A stretch of DNA of 64,000 nucleotides from Octopus vulgaris. Lineage: Eukaryota. Below, piece after piece: positions 12,473 through 26,213 of this stretch (its first letter is position 1; every line of letters starts with the position of its first letter). The stretch spans positions 129,952,001 to 130,016,000 of the forward strand of contig OX597814.1 of the NCBI GenBank assembly GCA_951406725.2, given 5' to 3'. A program made the translations under genes and the position numbers. The notes under the pieces were generated by a model. The model was not told where the DNA came from and searched no databases. It saw only the letters and a program-made list of their open reading frames with translations.

Positions 12473-12903
12473 TGTTCCTGTAGAGATAAAAATTTGTGTC
12501 CGCTAAATGGAGCTTGTATGACCGAGGCCATCATTTATGAAGCTACAGTGGGCTCTACAACCACTAAGGACATAGTTTCATGAAAGAAATAAGTGGCTCT
12601 CACAGGGGGAAATTTTAAAGCCAGGTTCAACAATCACACCTTAAGCTTCAGACACTGGGATAAAAGAAAACAAGCAAATTATCCATATGCTCCTTCAAAG
12701 AAAAAGGTGTCAGCTATAGGATTCACTGGAAGATCTTAGCCAAGACTAAACCTTAAACCAACGGCAGTGGAAAGTGCGGTCTTTGCGATATGGAAAAATG
12801 GCTAATCTGGAAAAGTTCTTTAGACCCCACTACATGTTTAAATTCAAGAACGGAACTTTTGGGGTCATGTCCACATGTAGCAAAACATTTGCTATGTTTT
12901 TGA
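12473..12903 (+). mobile_element. Penelope-like element C-terminal GIY-YIG endonuclease pseudogene
   Basis: Manual translation CSCRDKNLCPLNGACMTEAIIYEATV...FKARFNNHTLSFRH...IHWKILAK...CGLCDMEK...LNSRTELLGSCPH with stops and a frameshift; not in the ORF track. Confidence 0.8.
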
Positions 12904-13079
12904 ACCACCTAAGATGACAGATAAAACCTGCTTTTTATATTATGTCCACGTATAAACCTTTCATATGTCTTAAAATCTCTTATATATTTCTTACATATAT
13001 TTTATTGCTTTATAGATTTTTTCTGCATATTATTTTTCAGCCTTTATAATTGTGTAACTTATATACGTGTAGTATATAT

Positions 13080-14160
<1,081 letters not shown>

Positions 14161-14239
14161 CTGCAAGGGAAAGGGTGACTATGGCTTTGTACTAGAAACT
14201 TGAAAATAGGAATTTAATATTGATATAAGCTCTACAAAT

Positions 14240-15230
14240 GCCAAACAATATTTAGAGGAGAAGGAGATCATATTTCAAAATATACAAGTGCGGTTTGAAA
14301 GTATATTTCATTCCATTTTCGTACGATTGCTAATAAACAAAAATAAAAACGAAAATTTTATCGGAGTCTTAGAATGGTATTATAACTAAATAAATTTGCA
14401 TCGGTAGACGATTATTGCAATAATAGAATGTAAATGGCAAAATTTATTCAGTATATAAAATTCTTGAATGAATAAATTTCAAACATTCTCAGACGTAAAG
14501 GAGATCCGATTTCAAAATGCATAGTGGGAGATGGTCGGTTGAAATTATATTAGATATTCTCTTTTCGTGTGGTAGTTAATAAACGAAAACAATCTCAATC
14601 GTAGAAAGGCCTTATAAATAAACAAATTTGCCTGGACAGACAATGATTACAAGCGTATATTTTCATGATTGGTATACGTAAGGGAGCTAAATGTACGAAA
14701 TTAGAGAATATTAAATATATTTATGTATATAATGCATTTAAATATAAACAGTGTGTATGTTGAATATAAATTATATATTATATTTAACAAAGGGTAAGTT
14801 CTTAATGTAACACGGAAAAGAATAAACATTTCCTCTTTGACAAAAAGAGTCAGTGAACAAATATAATACAATAAAAGACAAAAACATCTTGGACGATGTT
14901 GGTTTCATATTTCAAGAATCATTAACGGGAAACAGATCGATAATCAAAGGCAGACGGCAAAATTATTCAGTATATAAAATTCCTTGAATGCATAGAAATT
15001 CAAAGTTTTCCAAACACGAACAATTTTAGATTCCCAATTATTCTGATAAGTGTTTAAGACACCTTGTTCCTTTTGACGTGAACAATAAGCAAATTTGCAT
15101 CGAAAAGTGGTTAATGCGATTATCTAAGACAGACGGTAAAAAATTCAATATACAAGTTTCTTGAAATTTCAAACTTGGAGAAATCCGATTTTAAAACATA
15201 TTGGTGATATTGAAGGTATATTTAATTCTT
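14240..15230. repeat. Old diverged tandem array, 4-5 partial units of ~180-260 bp
   Basis: Recurring GGAGATCCGATTTCAAAAT, AAATTTGCATCG and GGCAAAATTATTCAGTATATAAAATTC blocks. Confidence 0.7.
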
Positions 15231-15417
15231 TTTATGAATATTTTGTATACCTATATTTTGTATATCTTTGACACAAATAAAATAATTATTTTCTATTTTA
15301 TTGCACTGAGACCTACCATTTTTAAATATATAATTTTCAATATATATGCAATATAAGTGTCACCAATATTTCGATGTTCGATGTATCATATATGAATGCA
15401 CATATAGACATATGTAT

Positions 15418-15590
15418 GTAGGAGGTACGTTCAAAAAGTAACCGAGTTTATTTTTTCCCCGCCAAACTAATGCCACGTGGACAAAATCCTCCAGATGGGA
15501 TGTGATGCCACATGCTTGAAAATTTTCACGCCGATAGGCTGCATCATTCCCCGGCTGATACGGCTAGAGTACAGACATATAACACATTTG
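15418..15590. mobile_element. Possible mariner-type terminal fragment
   Basis: TA-GGAGGTACGTTCAAAAAGTAACCGAG resembles mariner TIR starts; no partner TIR seen. Confidence 0.4.
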
Positions 15591-15636
15591 TGTATTGTCA
15601 AATATGTTATATGAATTTATAATAAATGTATATTGG

Positions 15637-15810
15637 TTTCGAATGTTGGCACAAGGCCAGTAATTTCAAGGGCGGGGTTAAAACAATTACACTGACCCCA
15701 GGGTTAAACTGGTACATATTTTATCGACCCCGAAATGTAAGGTAAAGTTGACCTCGGCGGAATTTGAACTCAGAATGTAAAGACGGAACGAAATGCTGCT
15801 AAGCATTTCT
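15637..15810 (-). mobile_element. SINE family B, partial
   Basis: GACCTCGGCGGAATTTGAACTCAGAA block. Confidence 0.8.
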
Positions 15811-16317
15811 TGAAATATAAACCATCATTCTTCTACAAATATAATCTATATTTCTAAGAATAGAACAAAGCTACAGTTTTGTGTAGAAGTTATTGTCAAC
15901 CTCATTATTTGACAGGAATACATTTTATCGCCCCCTGAACAGTGAAAGGCAATGATAGCTTCAGTCCGATTGAAAGACAATATGTAAGCAACCGGTGCTT
16001 TAACGATTCTACGAATCCACAATAATATCCAACGAATAACATATTTCTTATCTGCAGTCTAATACGACATCCGTTGTGAGGTTTAAATGTACAATTTAGA
16101 AGGATGGAGTATGTTACTTTACTGAGATCTGCCATGAGCCCTAGGATACCAAAAACCCGACTTGAAACGCTTTCTGTATCATGTAAGATCACAAAACTGA
16201 GATCACAAGACTCCCCTATGAATGAGACGCCGGTAAGTTGCAAAGGTACCTTCCCAGGTACTACTGGAACTCATATTCAGTTCAGCTGACTGAAGAAGTA
16301 GCGGGGCTACAGTATTC

Positions 16318-16705
16318 TTTTATTCTTTTACTTGTTTCAGTCATTAAACGGCGATCATGCTGGGGCACCGCATTGAAGAATTTTTAGTAGGATGAATTGA
16401 CCCCAGCACTTACATTTATTTATTTATTTATTTTTAAAGCCCGGTACTTATTCTATCGGCCTCTTTGCCGAACCACTGTATTCCGGGGACATAAACAACC
16501 TAATATCGGTTGTCAAGCGGCGGTAAGGGACGAACACACACACATACACACACACAAATACATATATATATATATGCAGTGTATAACTACACACAACTGG
16601 CCTCTTTCCGTCTACCAAATCCCGAGGTTATAGTAGAAGACACTTGTGCAAGGTGCCAAGCAGTGGTACTGAACCCGGAACCATATGTTTGGGAAGCAAG
16701 CTTCT
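16318..16705 (-). mobile_element. SINE family A variant
   Basis: Reverse complement of tail, body and head. Confidence 0.8.
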
Positions 16706-17072
16706 TTTCTACTCTAGGCACAAGGCCCGAAATTTTTAGGGAGGGGTCCAGTCGATTAGATAGATCCCACTACACAAATGGCACTTAATTTATCGACCCG
16801 AAAGGATGAAAGGCATAATCGACCTCGGCGGAATTTGAAATACCTGTATCTTTACTGCCCACAAGGGGCTAAACACAGAGAGGACAAACAAGGACAGACA
16901 AACGGATTAGGTCGATTACATCGACCCCAGTGTGTAAGTGGTATTTATTTAATCGACCCCGAAAGGATGAAAGGCAAAGTCGACCTCGGCGGAATTTGAA
17001 CTCAGAACGTAAGGCAGACGAAATACCTCTAAGCATTTCGCTTGGCGTGCTAACGTTTCTGCCAGCTCGCCT
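16706..17072 (-). mobile_element. Two adjacent SINE family B copies with different 3' tails
   Basis: Body repeated at ~16780-16838 and ~16910-17072. Confidence 0.85.
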
Positions 17073-17585
17073 ACTTACCACACAGCCATTCTTGTGCCAA
17101 TACGAGGAAGACATTTGCCCAAGATGCCATGCAGTTAGACTTGAACCAGAAACCACTTGGCTTGAAATCGAACTTTTTACCCTTGAAGCTGTGCATGCAT
17201 TGTCGCACACTAATACGTAGGATTCCTTCTTTTAGCTTCGGTTATATTCTCATTTGTTGGTTTCCAATGATATGTTGCTACACTGTATGCACCGGGAATT
17301 CAATAGACAGCTTGCATCATCGATGTACTTTTAGTTAGTTCATCACTCTTGTATTTCCGGTATCACGTAGACCACTTATTTCGGTAGACAGTTTCCAACC
17401 CAAAAGCTAATTGGAACTATGATTTTCAGTCGGTTACAGACACGAATTATATACGTATGTATGTACATACTTGCATAAATTCATAAACACATATAAAATT
17501 ATAGATATACATACTGAAATGCACGTATGCATGCATACATAAATTCATACATACATACATACATTTATACATACTGATATACATA

Positions 17586-18010
17586 TTGGGCTGTACGGAA
17601 AGTTCGTGCCGATTTTTAAAGGAAAGAAAATGGTCAATAAATACTTGCCATTACAATTTTAATCAACCAAATATGAACCATTTTGTTGCCCGATGCGTCT
17701 CCATCTTCCCTTTATCTTGAAAATACTCTCTTCCCAGAATTGAGGTGGTTACATGGCAAATAATTCATCAAGGTATCTTTTTACGTCATCCAAGGAATTG
17801 AAATTTTTACCATTAAGACTATTCTGTAGAGACCTGAATAAGCGGAAATCGGAAGAAGAAATATCTAGTGAATATGGAGGGAGGGGTAACACAGCCCAGC
17901 CGAGCTGCAGCAATTTTTGTCTGGTTCACAAAGCATCAAGTGCCGAAAATGAACTTTCTTATCTTCCATTTTAACGGGTTACAGAATTATATATAATTTA
18001 AACATGAATT
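17586..18010 (-). mobile_element. mariner transposon, internally deleted
   Basis: TA-TTGGGCTGTACGGAAAGTTCG TIR; minus strand encodes MEDKKVHFRHLML joined to LGWAVLPLPPYSLDISSSDFRLFRSLQNSL (YSPDLAPSD motif). Confidence 0.85.
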
Positions 18011-18661
18011 TTCTTCTTACATTTCACATTCACTAGACATATCTTTTTCCAAGTCTATATGGTTTTATTTAAATTACATATCGTTATATACTTCTCATTT
18101 ATATGGTTTTTTTTCTTTCCTTTACCCCTCCTCATTCTATAGGCTACCTTTGACATTATATCCTCCAACGTTTTTTTAAAAAAACTTAATAGCGTTCAGT
18201 TCATCGCTTTACATTTCCATCATATTCTGTTAAAATGTCTTATTGACAAGTTTTATTTCTTCATTTCCTTGAAGAGAAGATTACATTGTTTTACACCATT
18301 TTATTCCTTTGGAATGATACCAGTGATATCTTCGAAACATGTGTCGGAAGTAAAATAATTTGAATAAAACCTGCGTTTAACTCCATTTATTCCTTTATAT
18401 GCATATGTATATATGTATGCATGCAAACGTATTAGTGTGCGCGTGCACATGCATACTCTCGCACTTGCATGAGTATACATGCGTATAACAAGCATTAAAG
18501 ATCGGTAATCGATGGTCCTGCTCATGGGGTTGGTTAGTGACGGTGACCTTGTGCAGGCAGTGCAGAGTAGCGGCTGGTATTAATGTGGTATACCCGGGTT
18601 GTCGGCAGCCAGTGGCTTGAAATTTACTACAAGTCAGCAATAAGGTAAATCGTATTTTTTG

Positions 18662-18704
<43 letters not shown>

Positions 18705-19444
18705 TCTGTATATACACGAACGAATGCATTCAGTTTTGTCCCCCAAATGACTGAATAACGAAAAGTATTGAATGTTTGTTAAATGCTCTGCTTGTATTTC
18801 ATGGATACTAACATGAAGTGCCTGCGTGCTTCATATTGTACCAGAAAGTGTGTGATCGGGGAAATATCATTAATGAATAGTTTTGGAAATTACACAAGCT
18901 GCCCAAGAGACCTCATTAACTCTGGCTTATGCTGAAATTCCATCACTAATAAATCATATTATAGATGCTGTACACAAAATTGACAGTAGTTATCTCGTTA
19001 TTCTACGGCTGTTTATTCCTCTTGGATGCATTTGACATAGAAGTATATAAATATATAAATGCATATACATACATACATGCATAAATACATATATGCTTAA
19101 GCCCATTCTAAGGAAAAACGTAACTAAACTATTCTTAACTAACATACATACACACAACGTTTACATACGTAACTTGCGTGAAATGGACCTCCGTCAGTTT
19201 CGACGATTAGCTTCTAATTGATCGTAGATGTAAATTTATTTACAGGTATATTCGACGCACGCCGACTTCAGTAGCGCATATTTAGTGGGGAATTGTTTTA
19301 GTGCATTAAATCAAGTATTATAGGCCCAACGTCGCCTACAGGACTCGGAGAGTGGATTTTTGGAACATTTTGGGGAAGAAGAGTTTGGTACTCACTGAGT
19401 TAGCGTATTAGTGTCACAGATATTATGTCAGATCACTTGTAAGG

Positions 19445-19585
19445 TATCTCATGGTAACTTGGATTTCCGTACGACCTGTTGCATGATAGGGTCGTCGGGG
19501 AATAAAGCGACACATCCACTAGACTTACCTAGTGATAAGATTTGCTAGAAACCTAGCAGAACTAAAAGCAAGACTTGTGAAAGCA
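19445..19585 (+). mobile_element. Degenerate RTE 5' UTR-like repeat
   Basis: Homologous to 57872-58010 and to 61180-61320 (minus): CCTGTTGCATG..GGGTCGTCGG...GCTAGAAACC.AGCAG. Confidence 0.55.
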
Positions 19586-20438
19586 ACTGGTGAACCTAGC
19601 GTAGGTTCAGTGACTATTTAGCAACAGTATGGGCCCTCAGATATTTTGGGTTGGAATCCAGCGTGCTGGAAGATCGCTGAGTGCGAGACATCCTTTTGTT
19701 TTCGTTAAAGCATATCTCTAGAATCAGACTGAAACCCAGGTTACGCTTGTTCCAATGATCTGCTGTGACTTGGTGAGCGATTCGTCTGCGACCGTCGACC
19801 ATCGATGGCAAGATGAAGTGCTATTGATCACGCTATCCCAAAGTGTGTACGCATGTAATTGGGGATCACATGTGAACTTGTGTTCCCACTGAAATTCCGA
19901 ACATTGACTCAACACTCCAGCATTCGTGAGGGAAGAGGTGAGTTCTTTGATCGGAGCCAGTTTAATTCATTCCGGGTGAATGCCGCCGTAACAAGTACAA
20001 ATAGAATATTGTGTACCCTTAACGTAATAATTTCCATACAGAATCAGTGTGATTCGGCGTGTAACGATGCTGGACACTTAAATTATCTCCATCTGACGAG
20101 CTTCTATGCAGTTTCCGAATACCCAGTTTAATTCATGAGGCTTGATTCAACTCAAATTTATCGTAAAAGTCTCTTGCTCAAGATCGACAGGTAAACTTCT
20201 TAACCATTCGGTCATACTGCGTCTGTGTATTCATGGAGACACTAAGTTCATCAGCTGTTCACGTGATACAACAATGATTCCAGTATCTTTACCTAGTTTT
20301 ATCCTGCAATATTAGTGTTATTAACGAATAACCTGCTTTATTTTTTGTCCCCAACCCCCACCAAATGAAAGAAAATTGAATTGTGAAGGTTAAAAGTATG
20401 TTGCTATTTATTATTATTTAGCTCTGTTAAAGCAGATG

Positions 20439-22982
20439 CGTAATTGAAAAACGGACTGAGAAAGAGTTGATAATGGCTATGGGTGATTTTAACGCAAAAC
20501 TCGGAAACATTAATTTAGGATATGAAGCCATTATGGGAAAACATGGTTTAGGAAGCATGAATGCAAATGGCCAGTTATTTGCCGATTTTTGCGCAAATAA
20601 CCAGTTGGTTATTGGAGGATCTTTATTTCCGCACAAAGACCTTCACAAAGCTACATGGATATCGCCAGATCTGAAAACGCAAAATCAGATCGATCATATC
20701 TGTGTAAGCTGCAAGTTCAGGAGATCACTGTTAGATGTTAGGGTAAAAAGAGGGGCTGACGCAGCCTCCGACCACCACCTACTATTTGGCAAACTGCAAC
20801 TGAAGTTAAGGGTTTTAAAAGAGGAATGTAAGGTTCAACGAAAATACAATGTTGATTTACTAAAAAACGAAGACACCCAAATAAAATACAGAAAAGCATT
20901 ATCATGCAAATTAATGCAAGTAAAAAGGATGCAAGGCAACACAATAGAACACACTTGGTTGAAAATTAAGGATGCTTCTATTTCATTATTAGAAGAATGT
21001 CTAGGGTGTGTAAACAAAAAGAATAAGACGTGGATATCACAAGAGACACTAACAGCCATAGGAGTACGAAAAAAGTTAAAGGAAAAATTATCGGCAAGCT
21101 TAGAAGTAGAGATAAATAGATGTCAGGGAAATTACAACCAATAAAATAAGAAAGTAAAAAAAATAATTGAGAAGAGACAAGCGAAAATATTTCGAAAATT
21201 TATCAACAACAACAGAAAGTGCAGCTCAGCGCCAGAACATGAAAGAGCTGTACAAAACAACTAAATTATTATCGGAGAAGAGAGTAAGAGTAGAAATGGC
21301 AGTAAAAGGGAAGGTTGACCGGATGCTAACATCAATTCTAGAACAAAAAAAAATCGATGGAAGAAGCATTTTAAAGATTTGCTTAATAGACTACCTCCAG
21401 ACACAATAGCCAACATTGTGCCAAGAAATTTAGATCTTAACATCAACCTTGACCCACCGTCTAAGTTTGAAATAAGAAAGGCTATATAAATCCCTCAAGA
21501 ATGGGAAAGCGGGAGTTGTAGACAACATTCCAGCTGAAGCAATGAAATCAGCTATAGAAATAGCGGTAGAAATGTTTCATCCATTATTTTCTAAGATATG
21601 GCAGGAAGAAAATGTGTCTAATGATTGGAAAGAGGGACTCATCGTAAAATTGCCAAAAAAAAGGTGATTTAAGCATTTGCGGAAATTATAGAGGGATTTT
21701 GCTAATATCGACTCCCGGAAAAGTTTTTAACAGGATACTTTTAGAGCGGATGAGGACAACAGTTGACAAATTGTTGCGTAAAGAACAAGCCGGATTTAAG
21801 AAGAACCGTTCATGTGTAGATCAAATCGCCACTCTTCACATCATCTTAGAGCAAAGCGCAGAGTGGAATGCGCCGCTTTATATTAACTTGGATTTCGAAA
21901 AAGCATTTGATAGTGTAGATAGGGAAGGCTAATGGAAAATTATGCAGCACTACGGCTTACCAGACAAGTACATACCTATAATAAGAGCAACTTACCAAGG
22001 AATGTCATGCCGAGTCTTGCATGGAAAAATATACGGATAAATTCGAAGTAAAAACAGGAGTTCGACAGGGCTGTATACTTTCTCCTTTTTTTTTTATTTC
22101 TACTACTTATAGATTGGATTATGAAGGAAACTACGATTGAAAGCCAAACAGGCATTGAATGGACGGGTGCAGAAGCTCTAGAAGATCCCGTCTTTGCAGA
22201 TGGTATAGTGCTCCTTTCACAAACATATAGCCAAATGCAAAATAAAACGTCAAAATTAGAAGCAATAGCTGCCAAATTAGGATTGAAAGTCAACCGCGAC
22301 AAATCAAAAATTATGCGCGTTAATCAAGAAAACAGCGAACGTATTAAACTAGAAACCGGCGAACTAGAGGATGTAGCCGAGTTTACGTATTTAGGTAGTA
22401 AGATAACGTTTTCAGATGGTACCGACGAAGATATTAAGATGAGAATAAGTAAGGCAAGGACCGCTTTTCACCTGTTAAAAAAAAGTATGGAGCGCAAGTG
22501 TAATTTCAATAAAGAACAAAATAAAATTTTTTAACACTAACGTAAAAGCGGTGTTATTGTATGGGGCTGAGACATGGTGAATAACAGTTAAGTCAAATAA
22601 GCAAATACAATCATTCATCAACAGATGCTTGCGTAGTATACTTAAAATTAGATGGCCTGAACACATAAGCAATATGGAGCTATGGCAAAGAACAAATCAA
22701 GTTTCGATTAGGGAGCAAATATTTAAGAAAAATTGGAAGTGGATTGGTAGCACAATTAGAAAAGTCACACCAAATGTAGCGAAAAGTACTTTACAGTAGA
22801 ATCCGGATGAATATAGAAAGAAAGGTAGGCCTAAGAACTCGTGGTGTAGATCAACACAAAAGGAACTAGAGAAAGGGGGACATTCATGGAAGAGTATAAG
22901 TACAGAAGCGAAAAATTATGCGACATGGAATTCAACTATAAGTGGGCTATACTCCACGTTGGAGGGTTAAAGGCAGAAAAAA
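20439..22982 (+). mobile_element. RTE-clade LINE, 5' truncated, APE endonuclease plus RT pseudogene
   Basis: IMAMGDFNAK, QIDHI and SDHHLL (APE); NYRGI, EQAGF, LDFEKAFDSV, GVRQGC and FADG (RT); multiple frameshifts; A-rich tail; probable TSD AAG(G)CAGATG. Confidence 0.93.
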
Positions 22983-23244
22983 AGGCAGATGACGATCAAA
23001 TGATTTTATGACGCGATTATCTCATCCGTTTGTATAGCAAAGAAAACACGGTCTAATATATAGTTATTTAAAAGTGTATGTTGTGAAATGAAGCTGCTTT
23101 GGCAGCTGCTTCTAGCAGGGTGAACGACTACGTTGAGACTTCTTCGCTGGTCTGTAATGAGGCACCTATGATATGAAGCTGTATGAAGAGCACTTACTGA
23201 GGCAGTTCTATGCAATGATTTTTTAAGTATTATTTTGTATTTAT

Positions 23245-23540
23245 TTATGCGCCCTATTCATGCTCATGGGCCCGGTTTCCCGGTTTCTGTGGCGTATGTG
23301 TTCCCCCCCAGCTGGACGGGACGCCAGTCCATCGCAGCGTTACCCAAGAAACAGGAAGAAAGAGCGAGAAAAAGTTGGGGCGAAAGAGTACAACAGGGGT
23401 CAACACCACCCCAAACCGGAGCCTCGTGGAGCTTTTAGGTGTTTTCGCTCAATAAACACACAACACCCAGTGTTGAGAATCGAAACCGCGATCCTCCGAC
23501 CGCGAGTCCACTGCCCTAACCACTAGGTCATTGCGCCTCC
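23245..23540 (-). mobile_element. tRNA-derived SINE, family C
   Basis: Minus strand GGAGGCGCAATGACCTAGTGGTTAGG...GGTTTCGATTC head, and GATGGACTGGCGTCCCGTCCAG...GAAACCGGG central/3' domain. Confidence 0.85.
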
Positions 23541-24067
23541 GATTTTTCAGATAGACCCACGATACTCTACCTGGCTGTTATTGGAAGTAAGAAACATAAC
23601 AGAACAAAAATAGATTAGAACTGAAATGCGGAAAAACATGTGTATGCACTTCAGTCAGCTGTAAAACGAATTATACGCTTACGATTGATGTAGCAACTCT
23701 TATTGTAGCATCGAGTCTTCTTAGACAACAGAGTGACATAAACAATAAAGTTCTTATTGTTTTGACCATATTGCATTGATACTTTTAAACAATAGCAAGG
23801 ATGTATTTGTTTAGACCACAAAGAACATGTTTTCGGAATATGCTTCAACAATACATACCTTCCACTCCTGAAGCAGATACAGTGTCACATTCTATCGTTT
23901 AAGGTTGAATGGTGATGTAGTTGCGTCATATACCGAAATCGGATGTTCTTCATTAGCTGTCCTTGTTGGGTAACAGACTTAATCCGTCGCCTGGCCTAAC
24001 ACCACCGCCAAGTTATTAAGTTCCTTAACGGGGTCCATTAAGGTCGGCATCATCGGTCTGAGGATAC

Positions 24068-24172
24068 CTTCCTTCCTTCCTTCCTTCCTTCCTTCCTTCC
24101 TTCCTTCCTTCCTTCCTTCCTTCCTTCCTTCCTTCCTTCCTTTCCTTCCTTCCTTCCTTCATTCCTTCCTTC

Positions 24173-24255
<83 letters not shown>

Positions 24256-24286
24256 TTATACATACATACATACATACATACATACA

Positions 24287-24353
<67 letters not shown>
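24068..24353. repeat. Compound (CCTT)n(CT)n(TA)n(TACA)n(TA)n
   Basis: Directly visible. Confidence 0.97.
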
Positions 24354-24357
<4 letters not shown>

Positions 24358-25071
24358 AACCAATTTCAGAAGCTCGGCAAAGGTTCGCAAACACTGCCCT
24401 TTCCTCCCGACAAGAAACACCAGAAATAAATTTGTGTCACTTTTCAGCTACATCCAACCATCTTTTCTACTCATTCCTAGAAATGTCATTATGGTAGAGT
24501 CCTTAGGCACCTCCGTAGGTTCTTAACAGAAGTAACCATCATTACAATTTCCTACTGGATTCAAAAGCTTGACCAACCGAGACTATAGACATTCTTGGTC
24601 TATTCTTAGGTCTTCTGCCGGTCGGCTCAGAATGAAGAATTCGTCTTGCGATTCTTTCCGGCGACATACTAATCACATCGGAAGCTGTAACTCGTTAGTG
24701 CGGAGAAGTAGTGGCTCGACCTGGAGAGAGTGACTCCTTTGTGTTTGAACTACGCTCCTTGTCTTGTAACGTTACACCAGAGATTCATCGGTGGAACACC
24801 ATTTCGGCCGCAGCTATTACTCAGCATTAACGACCACTTTGAACTGATTATACTTATTACTTACACGATCTGACCGTCACTAATTTCCTCATTTTTTACT
24901 ATTTGCTCAAGGACAACGTTGATGGCAATGATGTTATGTTGGTAATCAATATTGTTAGTTTCATATGTAGAGCGAATTAAAACTTCTTTGATGTTTAAAC
25001 CGGTTTTGGATTCGGCTGACTGCAGCCCTCGTGAAGCAAACAATGTTATTTTTAATGTAAAAACAGCAGCC

Positions 25072-25252
25072 ACAGGAGTGGCTGTGTGGTAAGTAACTTG
25101 CATAACAACCACATGGTTCCGGGTTCAGTCCCACTGCGTGGCACCTTGGGCAAGTGTCTTCTACTATAGCCTCGGATCGACCAAAGCTTTGTGAGTGGAT
25201 TTGGTAGACGGAAACTGAAAGAAGCCCGTCGTATATATATGTGTGTGTACAC

Positions 25253-25286
<34 letters not shown>

Positions 25287-25463
25287 TTGTATCTGTGCTT
25301 GTCCCCGCAACATCGCTTGACAACCGATGCTGGTGTGTTTACGTCCCCGTAACTTAGCGGTTCGGCAAAAAGAGACCGGTAGATTAAGTACTAGGCTTTC
25401 AAAGAATAAGTCCTGGGGTGCTCCAGCATGGCCGCAGTCAAATGACTGAAACAAGTAAAAGAG
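25072..25463 (+). mobile_element. SINE family A, near full length
   Basis: High identity to the 4196 and 31851 copies. Confidence 0.92.
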
Positions 25464-25779
25464 TGTATGCAAGGAATAACTGTGACACACTTGAAAGTTT
25501 ACTACATAACGAGTAGGGAAGTATCGGAACGTTAAATGTCCTCTTTTTTATGTTTGAATGATTAAAAAACAAAAATGAAATATCGAGGCAGCCTCTATCT
25601 GGTCGCTTGGTTTGTTAGAAATAACAGCGAAATCTACCACAAATTGCACATTACTGTCTTCATAAAATAACGACACATTAAATACTGTAAGCCTAGATAT
25701 ACAACGTCTCAGAAAAAACACGATGATTGTCATAGCATGAATGTCACTTTTGATAGTTGAACGGCTCGATCAGTGCTAG

Positions 25780-26213
25780 GCCACCACCACCACCACCACC
25801 ACCACCACTCTACAGTAAGTGAAGTGATGACGACGACGACGACGGTGTTAATGTTGATGATGATGGGTGGGATACTGTTTTTGTTTGTAGGGATGAGAAC
25901 GATGACGATGGTTATGGTGGTGGCGGTTATGATTATATTGACGACGACAACGATGACGATGACAGCGACCATGATAGCGATGATCAGCAATATCATCTTC
26001 ATCCGCTTCATCCTCTTCATCGTCATAAACACCATCACCAACACTACCACGACCACAACCAGCACTAGCACCACCACCACCACCACCACCGTTATCGTCG
26101 TCGTCGTCGTCGTGTTCGTCGTCGTCGTGTTCGTCGTCGTCGTGTTCGTCGTCGTCGTGTTCGTCGTCGTCGTCGTCGTCGTCGTCGTCATCATCATCAT
26201 CATCATCATCATC
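25780..26213. repeat. Degenerate compound trinucleotide tract
   Basis: (CAC)n, (GAC/GAT)n, then (CAC)n(GTC)n(ATC)n. Confidence 0.9.

Noticed and set aside
12473-12903. Selenocysteine read-through of the in-frame TGA in the PLE endonuclease
   Set aside because: TAA stops and a frameshift are also present, the TGA is not at a Cys motif position, and no SECIS was recognised
18500-18650. GC-rich segment ending AAG|GTAAAT as a coding exon
   Set aside because: All three plus-strand frames contain stops and there is no polypyrimidine acceptor; a non-coding exon cannot be excluded
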